A stretch of DNA of 64,000 nucleotides from Paraspadella gotoi (Eukaryota; Animalia; Chaetognatha), in contig CM119271.1 in assembly GCA_051294375.1 (NCBI GenBank), forward strand, positions 10,407,427-10,471,426. Direction: 5' to 3'. Position 1 is the stretch's first letter. Each line of letters opens with the position of its first letter. Position numbers and translations under genes: made by a program. Positions 1 to 11,646 of the stretch are shown here, piece after piece. Below the pieces are notes generated by a model. The model searched no databases, was not told the origin of the DNA, and saw only the letters and a list, made by a program, of their open reading frames with translations.

Positions 1-492
1 TCCGCGCCGGCCTCACGCCCAAGTTCAAAGACGTGAAGACGCTCTGCACGATGCTCAACTACGAAGGCGCCCACGCGGAAACCAAGATCTTCGAGTCGCA
101 CGTGGGAGGAAACGTGACGACCTACAAACCGCCGCTCATCGATTTCGCCGTGCAGAAGATATTTCTCGTCGTGAGTAGAGAGAGGAAGGGGTTGAGTTGA
201 GGGTGTTGGGAAATATCTCTCTCTCTATCTCTCTATACTCCTTCTTCCTTCTCTCACTCAGGCCGGGAGCGACATCGAGCTCCCTCCCAAAGGCTCTGCC
301 AGTATGGTTCTCATAACCCGCGGCGAGGGCGTCGCCTACGCGGGCAAGAAGGAGACGGGCGGCATCACCTCGTTCTTCGTCAAGCCGGGCGTCGTGATCT
401 TCGTCGGCGCTTATCAGCACGTTAAGTTGCAGAACATGGAGCGAGAGTCGGCCATGATTTTGTATCGCGCCTACACGTCGTCGCACCATTAA
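1..492 (+). CDS. MPI: Mannose-6-phosphate isomerase, 3' part (exons <1-170 and 262-492)
   Basis: Frame from nt 3 reads RAGLTPKFKDVKTLCTMLNY...YKPPLIDFAV (type I PMI motif RAGLTPK). A GT-AG intron at 171-261 joins in frame to ...LYRAY, the typical C-terminus. Confidence 0.9.
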
Positions 493-954
493 GGGAAAGA
501 TTGTTGAAACTTGAATTACGCCTAATGCGAGTCATGATTTGTGGGCGAAGGAGTGGAAATCATCTCCTTTTTTTTTTGAGCCGCTGAAAAACACAAAAAT
601 ACTTTGTTGTAGTTCCAGTCGTTGACGATTTTTTATCGGCCGTGATTTTATGTAGAAAACTTAGTCTAGTCAGATGTTTGTTTTTTTTTGTTTTTTTTTT
701 ATTGTCAGTGGTTCATACTAGTTATTGACTCCAAATCTTTATATATTTTTATAGATCTGTGTCCGTAGCAGTTTTAGTGACGGTCTTATATTTCAGCTAG
801 TTTACGTTGAAAAATTTAATTTTATGTGATATTTTTCTCTCAAGATTTATAAACCCATGTAACATTTTTTTTTTTTAGCCAAATCGCGAGTTGTCATTTT
901 CAAATTACAGTACTTAAAAATTAGTTCTCATCTCGTGATGCCCATTTGTTCCGC

Positions 955-1353
955 ATGACGAAAGAAGTCGCCGACGAACCCGAAGGCGTCCAGGACTACG
1001 AATATCCCCCGATCCCCGTTGACTTTAAAAACCCCTTCGTCTATCCTCCTCTTCTCCCTAACGATCATCAGTCTATTGCCTCCCGTTTCGCCCGCGACGC
1101 CGTTCACCCTTTGGACGCTTCTATTCTCGCCGCTGCCGCCGCCGCCGCTGCATCGTCGCGCGCCGAGTCCTGCTTGTCCTGCCGCGTCGTCGGCGGATTG
1201 GGTCCCATCGCCATCTCCGCCTACGTCCTCTTCGCTGCCCATCGGTGGACCTCGTCCAGGATCATTCCGTTCTCGCTGGCGGCGGCGTCGTTTTCCGTCG
1301 GCGTCGTTTCTCTCTTCGATCTTCCTCTTCGTGATTGGTGGAAACGGAAATGA
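955..1353 (+). CDS. DMAC1: DMAC1/TMEM261-like complex I assembly factor, single exon
   Basis: CLSCRVVG motif followed by two short hydrophobic helices. First ATG at 955; stop TGA at 1351-1353. Confidence 0.65.
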   Translation: MTKEVADEPEGVQDYEYPPIPVDFKNPFVYPPLLPNDHQSIASRFARDAVHPLDASILAAAAAAAASSRAESCLSCRVVGGLGPIAISAYVLFAAHRWTSSRIIPFSLAAASFSVGVVSLFDLPLRDWWKRK

Positions 1354-1594
1354 ACAACGGCCAATCACCGTCGGCGCCGCCAGCGCAGCGCGGGGCCGTC
1401 GGCGGTGTCGCGGCTGTGCCGAGGCAATCCTCGAGGCCGCCTTCGCAAATGATCAGAAAACCTCCTCAAGGACTTTTTTGCCAGTACTCGAAGCGGTCTT
1501 GTCATCAAAATCGATTGGACGGTTTCGATTTTTGTTTGAAGCATATCCTCGAGGATAAGAACGCTCCGTACCGACAGGCGAGTATTTGCTTTAT

Positions 1595-1639
<45 letters not shown>

Positions 1640-3464
1640 CAAAATTTGAGTAAATTCACGCAACGACTAATTGATTGATACTAAAAATAATCCTTGAAAA
1701 TTCCAGTGCAACTACGTCTCCCTCCAAATCGGCAAGCGATGCACCAATCCCGCGCCAAAAGTAGAAAAGCAGCGCGGCGAGGGTTTCTGCTTTGATCACG
1801 CGCGCAAGGCTAAGTGGAGCCGTCGCGCTAGAAGTCGGACCAAGCGCTCGAACGAGGATGCGTCCGTCTCTATTCTCTCGCGTCTCAGCGATCGCTACCT
1901 CGGCGACTCCATCCTCCGCGGCTTCAAACCCGCCTCCAAATCCTCCGCCGCGCCCAACGAATTTCCCGCCGCCCCGCCCATTCCCAAGAACTGGGCCGGC
2001 GCGGAGAGCGCCGCCGCTAAAGCCCTCGAGGCGGAGAGCGACGACGCCGATTCCGACGCCGAGTTTGAAGTGATGGAGGCGGCGTGGCGCGGCGACGCCG
2101 AGAGCGACGCCGAAAGCGTCGACTCGGACCTGGAGGATCAACTGAAGTTCGCCGAGACGTACACCACGGAGGAAGTGGCGCTCGTCACGAGAGAAAAACT
2201 CATTCGCCTGCAGACTCTGTACATCGAGCAGTTCAAGCGGCTGCAGCACGTGATGCGAGAAAAGCGCCGCAAGTTGCTCGCCACTCGCGTGACCGAGAAG
2301 ACAAAATACGGGAGCATCTACGGCGCCAAAAACGATCTTAAAGAGAGCAAGCGGATGGAGCGGTACCGCGCCTTCAAGCGATACCATAAGCGTAGCGGCA
2401 AAGAAGGTCTTCTCCAGCAGCGACTCGACGAGCGGAGATCCCGCGTCTCCGAAGGTCTTAATTATCAGCCGCCGTCGTATCCAAAGTGCCTCGCCCTCGT
2501 GCAGGATCGCGTGCTCGGTACGGGCAATGAGCCCGTTCGGACGGTGGAGAGGCAATGCGGCGAAAAGGCGATTCCCTTAGCTAAGTATTGTCCGAAACAC
2601 ATTCTCTTGGACTCTCAACAAAATCTCTTTGTGCCCTGCGGCTGCGCAAGTCGCGACGGAGGCGCCGGTTCATCTAATGCGATGCCTCGTTGTCCCGTTC
2701 CCGTCGCCAACGTGGTGCCCTCTCCCGCCTGCGCCATTCACAAAACCGTCGAGCCCCAATCTTCCGCTGACCTGCTCGCCGTCTTAAAGAGAGAGCTCGC
2801 GCGACGGAAAAACTTCAAAACGGAGGAGGCGGGCTGCTCCTCGACCGCGGAGCCGCCCAAACAAGAGGCGAAACCGGAAGCGGCGCCGGAGGCGATGCCA
2901 GAGGCTAAGACGGAGACGGAAGCGAAGCCGGAAGTCTCTCCGAAATCGGAGCAGTTTAAAGATTTCTCTCGCGACGCGGAATTCTTGGTGAAGAAAGAGC
3001 AGAGTGTGGGCGAAAAGAGAGAAGGAGAACAAAACGGACCCCGGGAACCCGAAGTCTCGGAGACGGCAATGACCGGAGAAGAAGCCGGAGAGGAGCCGCC
3101 ACATTCTCAACAAAATGGAGAAAACGAAGCTTCCGAGGACGCAGTTAATTCTTTACCCGGGCAAGTCGCACCCGTAACATCTTTAGAAGCGGCACTTTCG
3201 GGAACGGACGTCTCGGCGAGCGCCTCCAGCACCAACGCCAGCGTCGGCGCCTCTCAAAGCGCCGCCAGCGTTAGCACCTGCGACAACGGCTCCATTCCCT
3301 CTAGCGCTAGTCAGACGGAAGAAGCCATGGAGGGCGTCGACGACGACGACGCCCTCGCCGTCGACAACGGGACGCAGACGACGATGATGTCTCTTTCTTT
3401 TCAGTCGTCGAATGGAACCGACGATTCTTACGCAAGTCTTAACGATACGAACGAGGGCGTGTGA
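1350..3464 (+). CDS. KANSL2: KAT8 regulatory NSL complex subunit 2 (exons 1350-1577 and 1707-3464; GC-AG intron)
   Basis: [26 protein letters not shown]|[15 protein letters not shown], and [37 protein letters not shown]. The start could alternatively be a later Met. Confidence 0.92.
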
Positions 3465-3686
3465 AGGCTCGAATTATTTTAATTTCAGGGCGAGTCGGAG
3501 TGTTATAACCGATTAAGATATTTAATCAATTGTTCCGAGTTAACAAAGCCGAATGGATAAATAAGGAGATTGCTGTTAGCAATTGATTATGATTATTTTC
3601 CGTTTCCGTGACATTAGGCCCAAACGCTTTTAAAAGTTTTTTAACTTGAAATGTAAAAAAAACTGTCCTTTTCCTTTGGCGACCCC

Positions 3687-4049
3687 ATGGCCTCCCTTTC
3701 GCCGCGACAGGCCCTTTGGCGGCTGCACCGAACGGTAAGCATGGTGTTTCGCGAGGACCGTTACGCCATCGTGGAAGCCAGAAAAAAAATTCGTGAAGAA
3801 TTCGAGAAAAACCGGAACGTGGAAGATGCCGAGAAAATCCGCGAACTAGTCAAGATGGCGCAAGATGCGGACGCAACGCTGCGCACCGTCGTGCAGCTCA
3901 AGTTGGACCCCGAACGCGACGTCTATCGAGTAAGGACGCACGCGGGTCTGCAGTATACGGACAATATTCCCTACGAACCTTTGCCGCCCGATTTTAAACC
4001 CGAACGACAGCGAAGACGAAAAAGAGAGGAGGAAAAGACGACAGAATGA
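3687..4049 (+). CDS. LYRM7: LYR-motif protein, complex III assembly factor LYRM7/Mzm1-like
   Basis: ALWRLHRTVSMVFREDRYAIVEARKKIREEFEKNR, and C-terminal DNIPY. Confidence 0.8.
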   Translation: MASLSPRQALWRLHRTVSMVFREDRYAIVEARKKIREEFEKNRNVEDAEKIRELVKMAQDADATLRTVVQLKLDPERDVYRVRTHAGLQYTDNIPYEPLPPDFKPERQRRRKREEEKTTE

Positions 4050-4303
4050 ACAGTGTTTTTGAGTTAAATATTTGGATTACTTTCAATTTATATTTTGAAC
4101 GTTATTATTTTTTTTTTTCGCCAAACACTACATTTTATCAAATTGCGCGCGAACTTTAATCGCATTCACTTATTATTTATTTCATCATTTGTTCTCATTT
4201 TCTACCGTCAATCGTTTTCGTCGCGTCCCTAACGGCCTCGTCGGACGTCTTTTGTTTTTGTTTCCAGCGCGGACGCTCGGATCTCCCCGTCAACTTAGAT
4301 GCG

Positions 4304-4657
4304 ATGCTATCCGCGGAATCGACTGAAGAAATCGTTTCCCTTCTCGACGAGGCCTCCTTCGTCATTCGCGAGATCCGCTTCGGAGTCTCCGTCGCCTGCG
4401 TCTCCACCGCGATCCCAGCCACCGACTCGACGGTCTACTTGAACATCCGTACCCTAGAGGGCGTCGACCTCTTCGTCCGCCTGACCCACAGCGGGTTCTG
4501 CGTCGTCGGCTCCGCCTTCGACGTCCTCGATCCTGCGGAGCGACATTCGGAGCACTTCGAGTGCATCAACGCTTTGCTCGATAAGAAGAGTCCCGGTTAC
4601 CGTCAGGCGTTTGGCCAGTCTCTCATCGACAAGCTCTCCGCCATTTGCGGCAATTGA
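4304..4657 (+). CDS. GSKIP: GSK3B-interacting protein (DUF727)
   Basis: YLNIRTLEG and FECINALLDKKSPGYRQAFGQSLIDKL motifs. Confidence 0.9.
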   Translation: MLSAESTEEIVSLLDEASFVIREIRFGVSVACVSTAIPATDSTVYLNIRTLEGVDLFVRLTHSGFCVVGSAFDVLDPAERHSEHFECINALLDKKSPGYRQAFGQSLIDKLSAICGN

Positions 4658-4696
4658 TCAATCTCCGTCTCCTCCCTCCCCACACATTCCCAAAAA

Positions 4697-7600
4697 ATGA
4701 GCGGCGACGACGACGCCGCCGCCGTAAAAGCCGACCGCGTCGCCAACGTTGTTTTGGTCCTGAGCGGAAAGGGCGGCGTCGGGAAGAGCATGACCGCCTC
4801 GCGCCTGGCGGTGGCGCTGCATCGACGCGGACTTCGGGTCGGCTTTCTCGACGTTGACCTTTGCGGTCCGTCCGCGCCGAGAATTTTCGGAGTCGCCGAT
4901 CGAGATGTTCACAATTGTTCGCAGGTATAATTTTTTTAAAGTTTTATGTTTACTAGGCCTCCCAAAAATATCCCACTTTGGAAAAGTTGTTGTTCTTGCA
5001 AAGTTTCTCATTCCAATTTTATTGATAAAAACGAATATCACAATTTATGGTTCCAAGTGGAACCGGGATTCTTCATGGTTCTTCCCCACCAACAAGTGAG
5101 CATCTGCTCTCCAAACGCGACATCTCCCGAGAAAAAACGAAGAGGAAAACTCCTCTTCCCCGCCTTCTCTTCCCCCTCCCGTACGCTACCTCAGTACGCC
5201 GACACGAGACAGAATCACTCGTAGCCAAGCAAACCAAGAGGGGGGAATCCCGCGAAGACTTCCGGTGACGTGCCACGCCCACTTGACCGGACGTCGTAGA
5301 AGGGGGGGATGAGAAACCGCAAAAAACCAGTCCATGGACGAAAGCCGGGCCTGGAGAACCTGACGGCCGGACGAGGCAACGGCCGAAAGAGCTGTCGGGC
5401 GATCAGTTGGCGTCCTTAGACGTCCCTGGAGCCCCGCCCCTACGCTTGGGAGGCGGCGAAGACTTGCGAGGCCGGTAGGGACGGCGAGCGGACTACGCGG
5501 ACTGCCACGCCCACGCTTGCGGCTAGCAGAACAGGCGCAATTGTGTGGCGCCCCGGAGCGGAGAAGCGAAGAATGGAACGCTTGAGTGACGTCTGTGGAG
5601 CGGTCTCCGAAAAAGAACGACGTGGAGGGCGGAGAACTGGACAGAACTGTCTTGAGATCCGAAGGGGCAGCGTCGACAACTAAGCGCCGAGACTCGGAGA
5701 GGGCCGAACCAAAAATCGCCGCCAAACCCGACGAGGCGTCTCCAAGGGGCTTGGCAAGATCGTCAAGGTGGCCTGCGTCCACTGCACCGGGCCCCTCCGA
5801 GCGTAGGGCCTCAACCATGAGGCGGAGAGCGTCAGCGACAAAGGACAGCATGAGCGGACGCTCCGGCGTCCCTCATGATGCGCTCAAAAGCCTTGAAAGC
5901 GCGCGTCGTCTTGGAGTCCTTCCGAACGGCGTCGAACTGAGCGGCAAGGCAACTCTTGAGCAGGAGGACGAAACTCCGCCGGCGAAGAAACATCCGACCA
6001 GCGCGGAAACACGTATTGGCGGAAAGCACGTCCCACGACGGTAAAAGAACGTCGTCCTGGCCAACTCTGCGCAAATCCTTCCACTGCTGCAGGACCCACT
6101 CCGAAGGCTGTATAGAAGCACGACGAGACAAGAAGTTGTCAAAACCCGCAGCAGACTCTTCAGAGGAGGAACCCTCCTCTGATCCAGAAACGGAGGCGTC
6201 GTCGTCGACTTGCGCAGATGGGGCTCGACGAGGAAGGCGTGACGCAGTCACCCGCTCGGAGCGCGAAGGCCGATCCGCCGCCGAAGAGGCCGCCAAAGAA
6301 CGCGAAGACTCCAAGTCGCTGGCGAACAAACGAAGATCGACGAAGAACGGCGAAATGGCGAACAGAGGCGTCCAAGAACCATGAAGAAAACGTACATGGA
6401 AAAAAAGAGAAATCATTGAAAAATGACAGTCTCAAAAAAGGAACCCCAAAAAACACCCACCAAACAAGACAAGCGAGCCTGAGCCGCCCTCACCACCGGT
6501 GGTGCCAGGGGTGGACGGTGGGTGGTTGTTGGTGGGGAAGAACCATGAAGAATCCCGGTTCCACTTGGAACCATAAATTCTATCATGTAGTTCTTCCCCA
6601 CCAACAAGTGAGCCTGTAACAAGACCAGGCGAAGGCCCGACAAAAAACAAACAAACAAAGTCGAGTTAGGTGGGGCACAGGAGGAAAACCCCTCTGTACG
6701 CCGAATGTACGCCAAAAAAAGGCGAAAACCAAAACAGAAAAGAAAGAAGTACTCACCGCCGAAGACTCTCCAACTCGGAACGAGACGAGCGGCGAAACTC
6801 CTTAAATTCGCGACGAACGCTAGGAAAGAGCGTTGCCAATTTGGAGTAGAACTGCCTCCATCTGAAGGGCATGACTTCGGCCTGACCAGAAAAGCCCGGA
6901 ATGGCTGATGGTGGAGGCGGCGGTGGAGGCGGCGCGAAGGCGGCGGCGGAAGAGACATGAGGGTAGTCGAGTTGAAAACACGCGCCTCAGTCCAAAAAAC
7001 GGAGAGCACTGGACAAACAAGGGGCCGAAACAAGGTTCTTCCCCCCTGCAGCCGTACTAAGCGCCGAGGGCAAACGAGAGGGCCGAGTCGCGGCTCTTCC
7101 CTCCGCAGCCGCGCAGGGTGCGTCGAGGGCAAGCGAAAGGGCCGAGTCAAGGCTCTTCCCTCCGAAGCCACGCACAACGAAGACGAAAAAGATGGCGGCC
7201 GTGAAGAGAGAACTTCAAAAAAGCCACGTGTTGAAGAATATCTGTATTCTGAACTCCAAAAAAAGAGAAACGAAAAATATGCAAAATTATTTCAACAAAA
7301 ATAATCAAAAAATATTTTCGTAAAAAAGCCGGGAGACTGTGAGCGCAAAGGCGCGAACAGAAGAAGTGATTCTGTCTCGTGTCGGCGTACTGAGGTAGCG
7401 TACGGAGGGGGAAGAGAAGGCGGGGAAGAGGAGTTTTCCTCTTCGTTTTTCTCTCGGGAGATGTCGCGTTTGGAGAGCAGATGCTCACTTGTTGTGGGAA
7501 GAACTACATGATAGAATTAAAAATTCTCAGGAAGAGAATTATGGACTTTCCACGCCACTTTATGTGGCGTACCACTTCCGGTTAAAAAATAACTTGTTTT

Positions 7601-10600
7601 TAGGAATAAAACGATTTTAAACTTAAATTATTTATTTTATGTTAATTATACACAGCTGAATGATTATTTTACTTTTTATGAATTATAATTTAAATGTAAA
7701 TTTTTAAAAATATTAAATATTTTTATCAATATTACCTCGAAATAAAAAAGATGGGAAATAATCGTATTTTTGAAAGATTTTTCAAATACTATTCTTTTAA
7801 ATTAACAATTATTTTACTATTATATTTTATAAATATGTGTTTAATATTTTTTTATTAGTTAACTGATCCATAATGACATTAATAAGAACAATTGTGATAA
7901 GGCGATAAGTGGGCTGAAGACTGCATTCAGTAACTTCTATGCCCCTCAGCAGCCACAGTCCTGGCTTGGAACCAGGCTTGAGGGTTTTCCACGCCTCCAT
8001 AGTGGTCTACGGTCGTCCTCTTGCTTCCCACAGGGTCATTACCAAGTGAGATTGAACCCGGTACCTAGTGGTCATGAGCTGATGGCTTTACTCAATGAGC
8101 AACCGGGTCACGACTAAAGGTGTTATGATTATTGGCAGGTGGATTTAGGCCATGCCCGACTACACAATTATTAACAATAATTAAAATATTTTGATTAAAA
8201 ATAAAGTGCAAAATACAAAATAATCTTTGAAGAAGTAAAAATAAAATTTAAAAAATAGAAAGTTTGTATCTTTTCCTTTCTTTTCATTTTTATTATTAAT
8301 ATTAGAGTTCAATGAAAATAAAAATCTCTACAACTTTAACTCTAATAAAAATATAATGATGAAAGATGGATAGATGCCTTAACTCACCATAGCCAGTCCA
8401 AAACGGCAAGACAGCTATTTTTTAAATGAATAATTTATATAGTTTGTATTGCATTGTCACCAAAATTGCGAGCGGACGTCGCGATAAATGATTATAGAGA
8501 ATCGATGCTTCCGAGACAACTAATTCTTGTGCTAACTCAGCACTAAAACTCTCGGTTACGTAGATATAGCGCCGAGGAAACTAGGCCACCGGATCTAAGG
8601 CCCAATGACGATTGTAACGTCTCACAGCAGACCTGAGGTCCAGACGATAGAGAAATGCCCAGACTACAAGGTCATGTAGCAAGTATAAAGTAATTGTACT
8701 ACTGACTGTATTAGAAGTCTGGGCAAAATAAATATATTCTGGCAACTTGAGTAAACCTCGGTTATCAAAGAATCCTTTCACCGAACTACAGTCGAGCCTC
8801 AGTCGTCTTCGTTTCCTTACATTGTAAAGTTTCTCTCATTCGAATTTCAAGCCAGTAACGAAAACAATGTTTTTTTTCCCTTTTTAATTGTATTGTTATC
8901 AACTACATTTTTAACCTTCCAATAATATCGTCATATATAAATTCGGCATTAAATATGAAATAAATATTTTTCTAAATTGAAAAATATAGTGAATCTTAAA
9001 GACATAATATCAACTGTGAAGGTTTAAAGGTAACTTTGAGGACACCGATATTACTAACTTATAAAATTAATGACATAATATAGATTATTAAATTATGCTA
9101 AACTCGTTTCTTTTTCCCCCTATCGTTTGAAGTATCTTATTTAAAAAATATGGGTGCATATAATTTTTTATTACCATCATAATTTGTGAGAAGCACAATT
9201 TAATTTATTCCAAAGTTTTACCCAAATTTTTTGCGAGACTGTTTCTCTCCCTCAATTTTATCCCTCCTTTCACTGGATTTGAAAGCCTTTAAATCTTGAA
9301 ATAAAAATTTTTTAGCATAATTTTACTTTCGCAAAGCTGGGTTAGGGGAGGTTTAGGGTTATGGGTGGTTTATGAGTGGTTATGGTTAAGACGGTTTAAG
9401 GTTAAGGTAATTTTTTTAAAAGTAGATTTTTAAGTGGTTTTTCCAAAGGCCAAAACATCAGTTAGGGAAAGTTTTTACCCATAATTTTGTCAAAAGCCAG
9501 CATTTTATAATATAAAGCCTTTTTTAATTGTTATCCTTTGACATACAAAATGTAATTATAAAGCAAAACCAAATAATTAGGTATTAAGATTATAAGTAAC
9601 TGTATTTTGATTAATTACTAAGTGTGCTGGCTCAATAATTGCTTGCTTCTTTTAAAAATTCTTATCTTTTTTCAACCGGAAGTGGTTTGCGCAAAAAGTG
9701 GCGCGGAAAGTCCATATAGCGCATCCGGAGAAATTTTTAATGGTGATATTCTTTTCTCCACCTAATTTGGAATGAGAAACTTTGCGAGAATCAAAAGACT
9801 TTAAAAAAAGTTTGATATTCCTGGGAGATCTAAATTGTTTACCCAAACATGTCAATGTGTCATCTTTGCGAAATTTTACAATTTAAACAAGTGTTTAGGA
9901 TTCTATTTGCATGTTGTTTCAAAAACTGTTATTTCGTTGTAAACACTAAATTTGTATTTATTTGTATACTATAGTATACTACTATATACTAGTTTATGGT
10001 GTATACTAGTGTATACTATATTTTATATATACTTTATAGTGCTTTTATTGTGAGTACTTAATAGCTTCGTATTACCACAATATCAAAAATATTAAAATAA
10101 ATAAATTATCAGGGATGGGTACCAGTTTACGTCGACGGCGCGGAGCAACGCCTCTCCGTCATGTCGATCGGGTTTTTGCTGAAATCTTACGACAGCGACG
10201 CCGTTGTGTGGCGAGGGCCCAAAAAGAACGCTATGGTCAAACAGTTCCTCACGGACGTTACGTGGGGAGACTTGGACTATCTGGTCGTCGACACGCCGCC
10301 CGGGACCTCCGACGAACACATCAGCGTCGTCGAGGCGGTTAAGGTTTGCCTTTTAATAACTAGGCCTATAAAAAGTAATAATTTCTGAATAATACTAAAA
10401 GACAGGTTTTAAAAAACGGTCTTGGTCTCATTTTTAGGATCTCTTCGGCGATTCCAAAGTCGGCGCCGTTCTGGTGACGACGCCCCAGGCGATGGCGGTG
10501 GACGACGTTCGGCGGGAGATCGCCTTTTGCCGCAAGACTCGCCTCTCGATCATCGGCCTCGTCGAAAACATGTCCGGCTTCGTCTGCCCGAACTGCGACG

Positions 10601-10797
10601 ACTGTTCCAACGTTTTTTCCAAAGGAGGCGGACGCCTCTTGGCCGAGCGGACGGGCGTTGGGTTTTTGGGCGAGATCCCCTTGGACCCTCGGGTGGCGGC
10701 CACGATGGACGCCGGGGGGACGCTTCTCGAAGCCGCGGCCGACGACGGACGAGTGGAGGGCATCGTCGAGGGCATCATAGCGTCGGGGAGCGGATGA
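4697..10797 (+). CDS. NUBP2: Cytosolic Fe-S assembly factor NUBP2/Cfd1 (exons 4697-4924, 10113-10343, 10438-10797)
   Basis: [34 protein letters not shown] and [11 protein letters not shown] motifs, with no N-terminal Cys cluster. Phase-0 GT-AG introns; intron 1 is about 5.2 kb. Confidence 0.93.
5042..7518 (-). mobile_element. Non-autonomous DIRS-type (tyrosine-recombinase class) retroelement, gag-only
   Basis: Inverted terminal repeats of about 140 bp (5078-5219 and 7365-7504) with different outer extensions. The internal segment 6526-6613 is the reverse complement of the right end joined to the left end (ICR), sharing AATT at the junction. No RT or recombinase ORF is visible. Confidence 0.85.
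5380..6958 (-). pseudogene. Frameshifted DIRS gag-like ORF with one predicted intron (6756 to 6319)
   Basis: Pro-rich start, then ...SELESLRR|DLESSRS..., then [31 protein letters not shown], which resembles the C-terminal RR...S..P....LFG motif of DIRS Gag. Frameshifts near 6935 and 5840, and probably one further downstream. Confidence 0.55.
7900..8160 (-). ncRNA. tRNA-derived repeat (family D) with degenerate type-P3 twister-like fold (7914-7982)
   Basis: Minus strand: hairpin 8134-8156, B-box-like GGGTTCAATC, then CUCAAG-CCUGG-UUCCAAGC-CAGG...UGCU-GA-GG...GAA-UGCA-GU-CUUCAG. Confidence 0.45.
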
Positions 10798-11646
10798 AAG
10801 CCGACGATGGAAAATCGGGCCGCCGATTTTTATCGGACTTCGATCCTTTACGTCACCGATAACCGCAATCGTTGCCGGTTTTATTCCCTAAACGATCTCC
10901 ATTCTCTTGTTAAACTACGTAAATCGTGTGAAATGGTGAAATGTTTTCTGTTGTATCCGCGTTAGACTCTCGTTAAGAGAGACGAGTGAGAACGATGATG
11001 GTGGGACAAGATAAAATAAGACCTTCGATCCTTTCTGTATCTCGAACGTGTCCCGCCGGACTGGTTGAGGGGAGGAACTAGGAACCGTCATTAAAGATAA
11101 AAACGCGAATAGCAAAAACAAAAAAAAACGGCGATTATTCAAAATTAGGCGATTCCCTGTTTTTGTTTTGACATTAGGGCAACTCGACTCTCACCTGATC
11201 GGAAGACATTTTTTCGAAATTAACTCGATGCGTTTAGATTATTATTATTATTATTATTTGTTGGCCTTCATCTTCTGTGAAAGCGATCATTTTTTTAAAA
11301 AATGTCTACAGTGAAGCTCTGACTTTATTCGGTGTAATTTTCGATTTACGATGACATAAAATGAATAAATGACAAGCGATAATCTCATCTAGGTATTGCG
11401 TATATACAAAAAATTATAATTCTATCGTCACCCTGATGTTTTTATAAGCATTACAACTTTAATTTTTTAAACTTTATACGTTGTTAAGTAAACTGGAAAA
11501 TGGTTCATAAATTGAAGTGAATAACCAAAATATTAACTAAGTTTGAAACTAAAAAAATATTTGAATATTAAATAATAATAAAAAGTAATAAAAACCCCAT
11601 GTGGTCAGACGTAAACAGATACTCGTAGATACTCGTACGTTCAGCG

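Larger units (their letters stand above)
4950..9850. repeat. Diverged inverted repeat pair of about 180 bp (4950-5045 plus 7519-7590, versus 9660-9850); left copy split by the DIRS element
   Basis: GCAAAGTTTCTCATTCCAA...GAATATCAC[A/C]ATTAAAAATT...ATGGACTTTCC.CGCCACTTT...ACCACTTCCGGTT occurs on + at the left and on - at the right. Confidence 0.75.

Noticed and set aside
1602-1636. (GA)n tracts here and at about 13075, 37340, 37470 and 52963
   Set aside because: Ordinary microsatellites; they generate the spurious ERERER/SLSLSL ORFs.
9340-9410. Telomere-like GGTTA(G) tract
   Set aside because: It is short and degenerate, more likely internal to a repeat than an interstitial telomere.
10915-11142. 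Small minus-strand ORF with a signal-peptide-like start
   Set aside because: It has a non-ATG start, the hydrophobicity comes from a T-rich tract, and no homology is recognisable.
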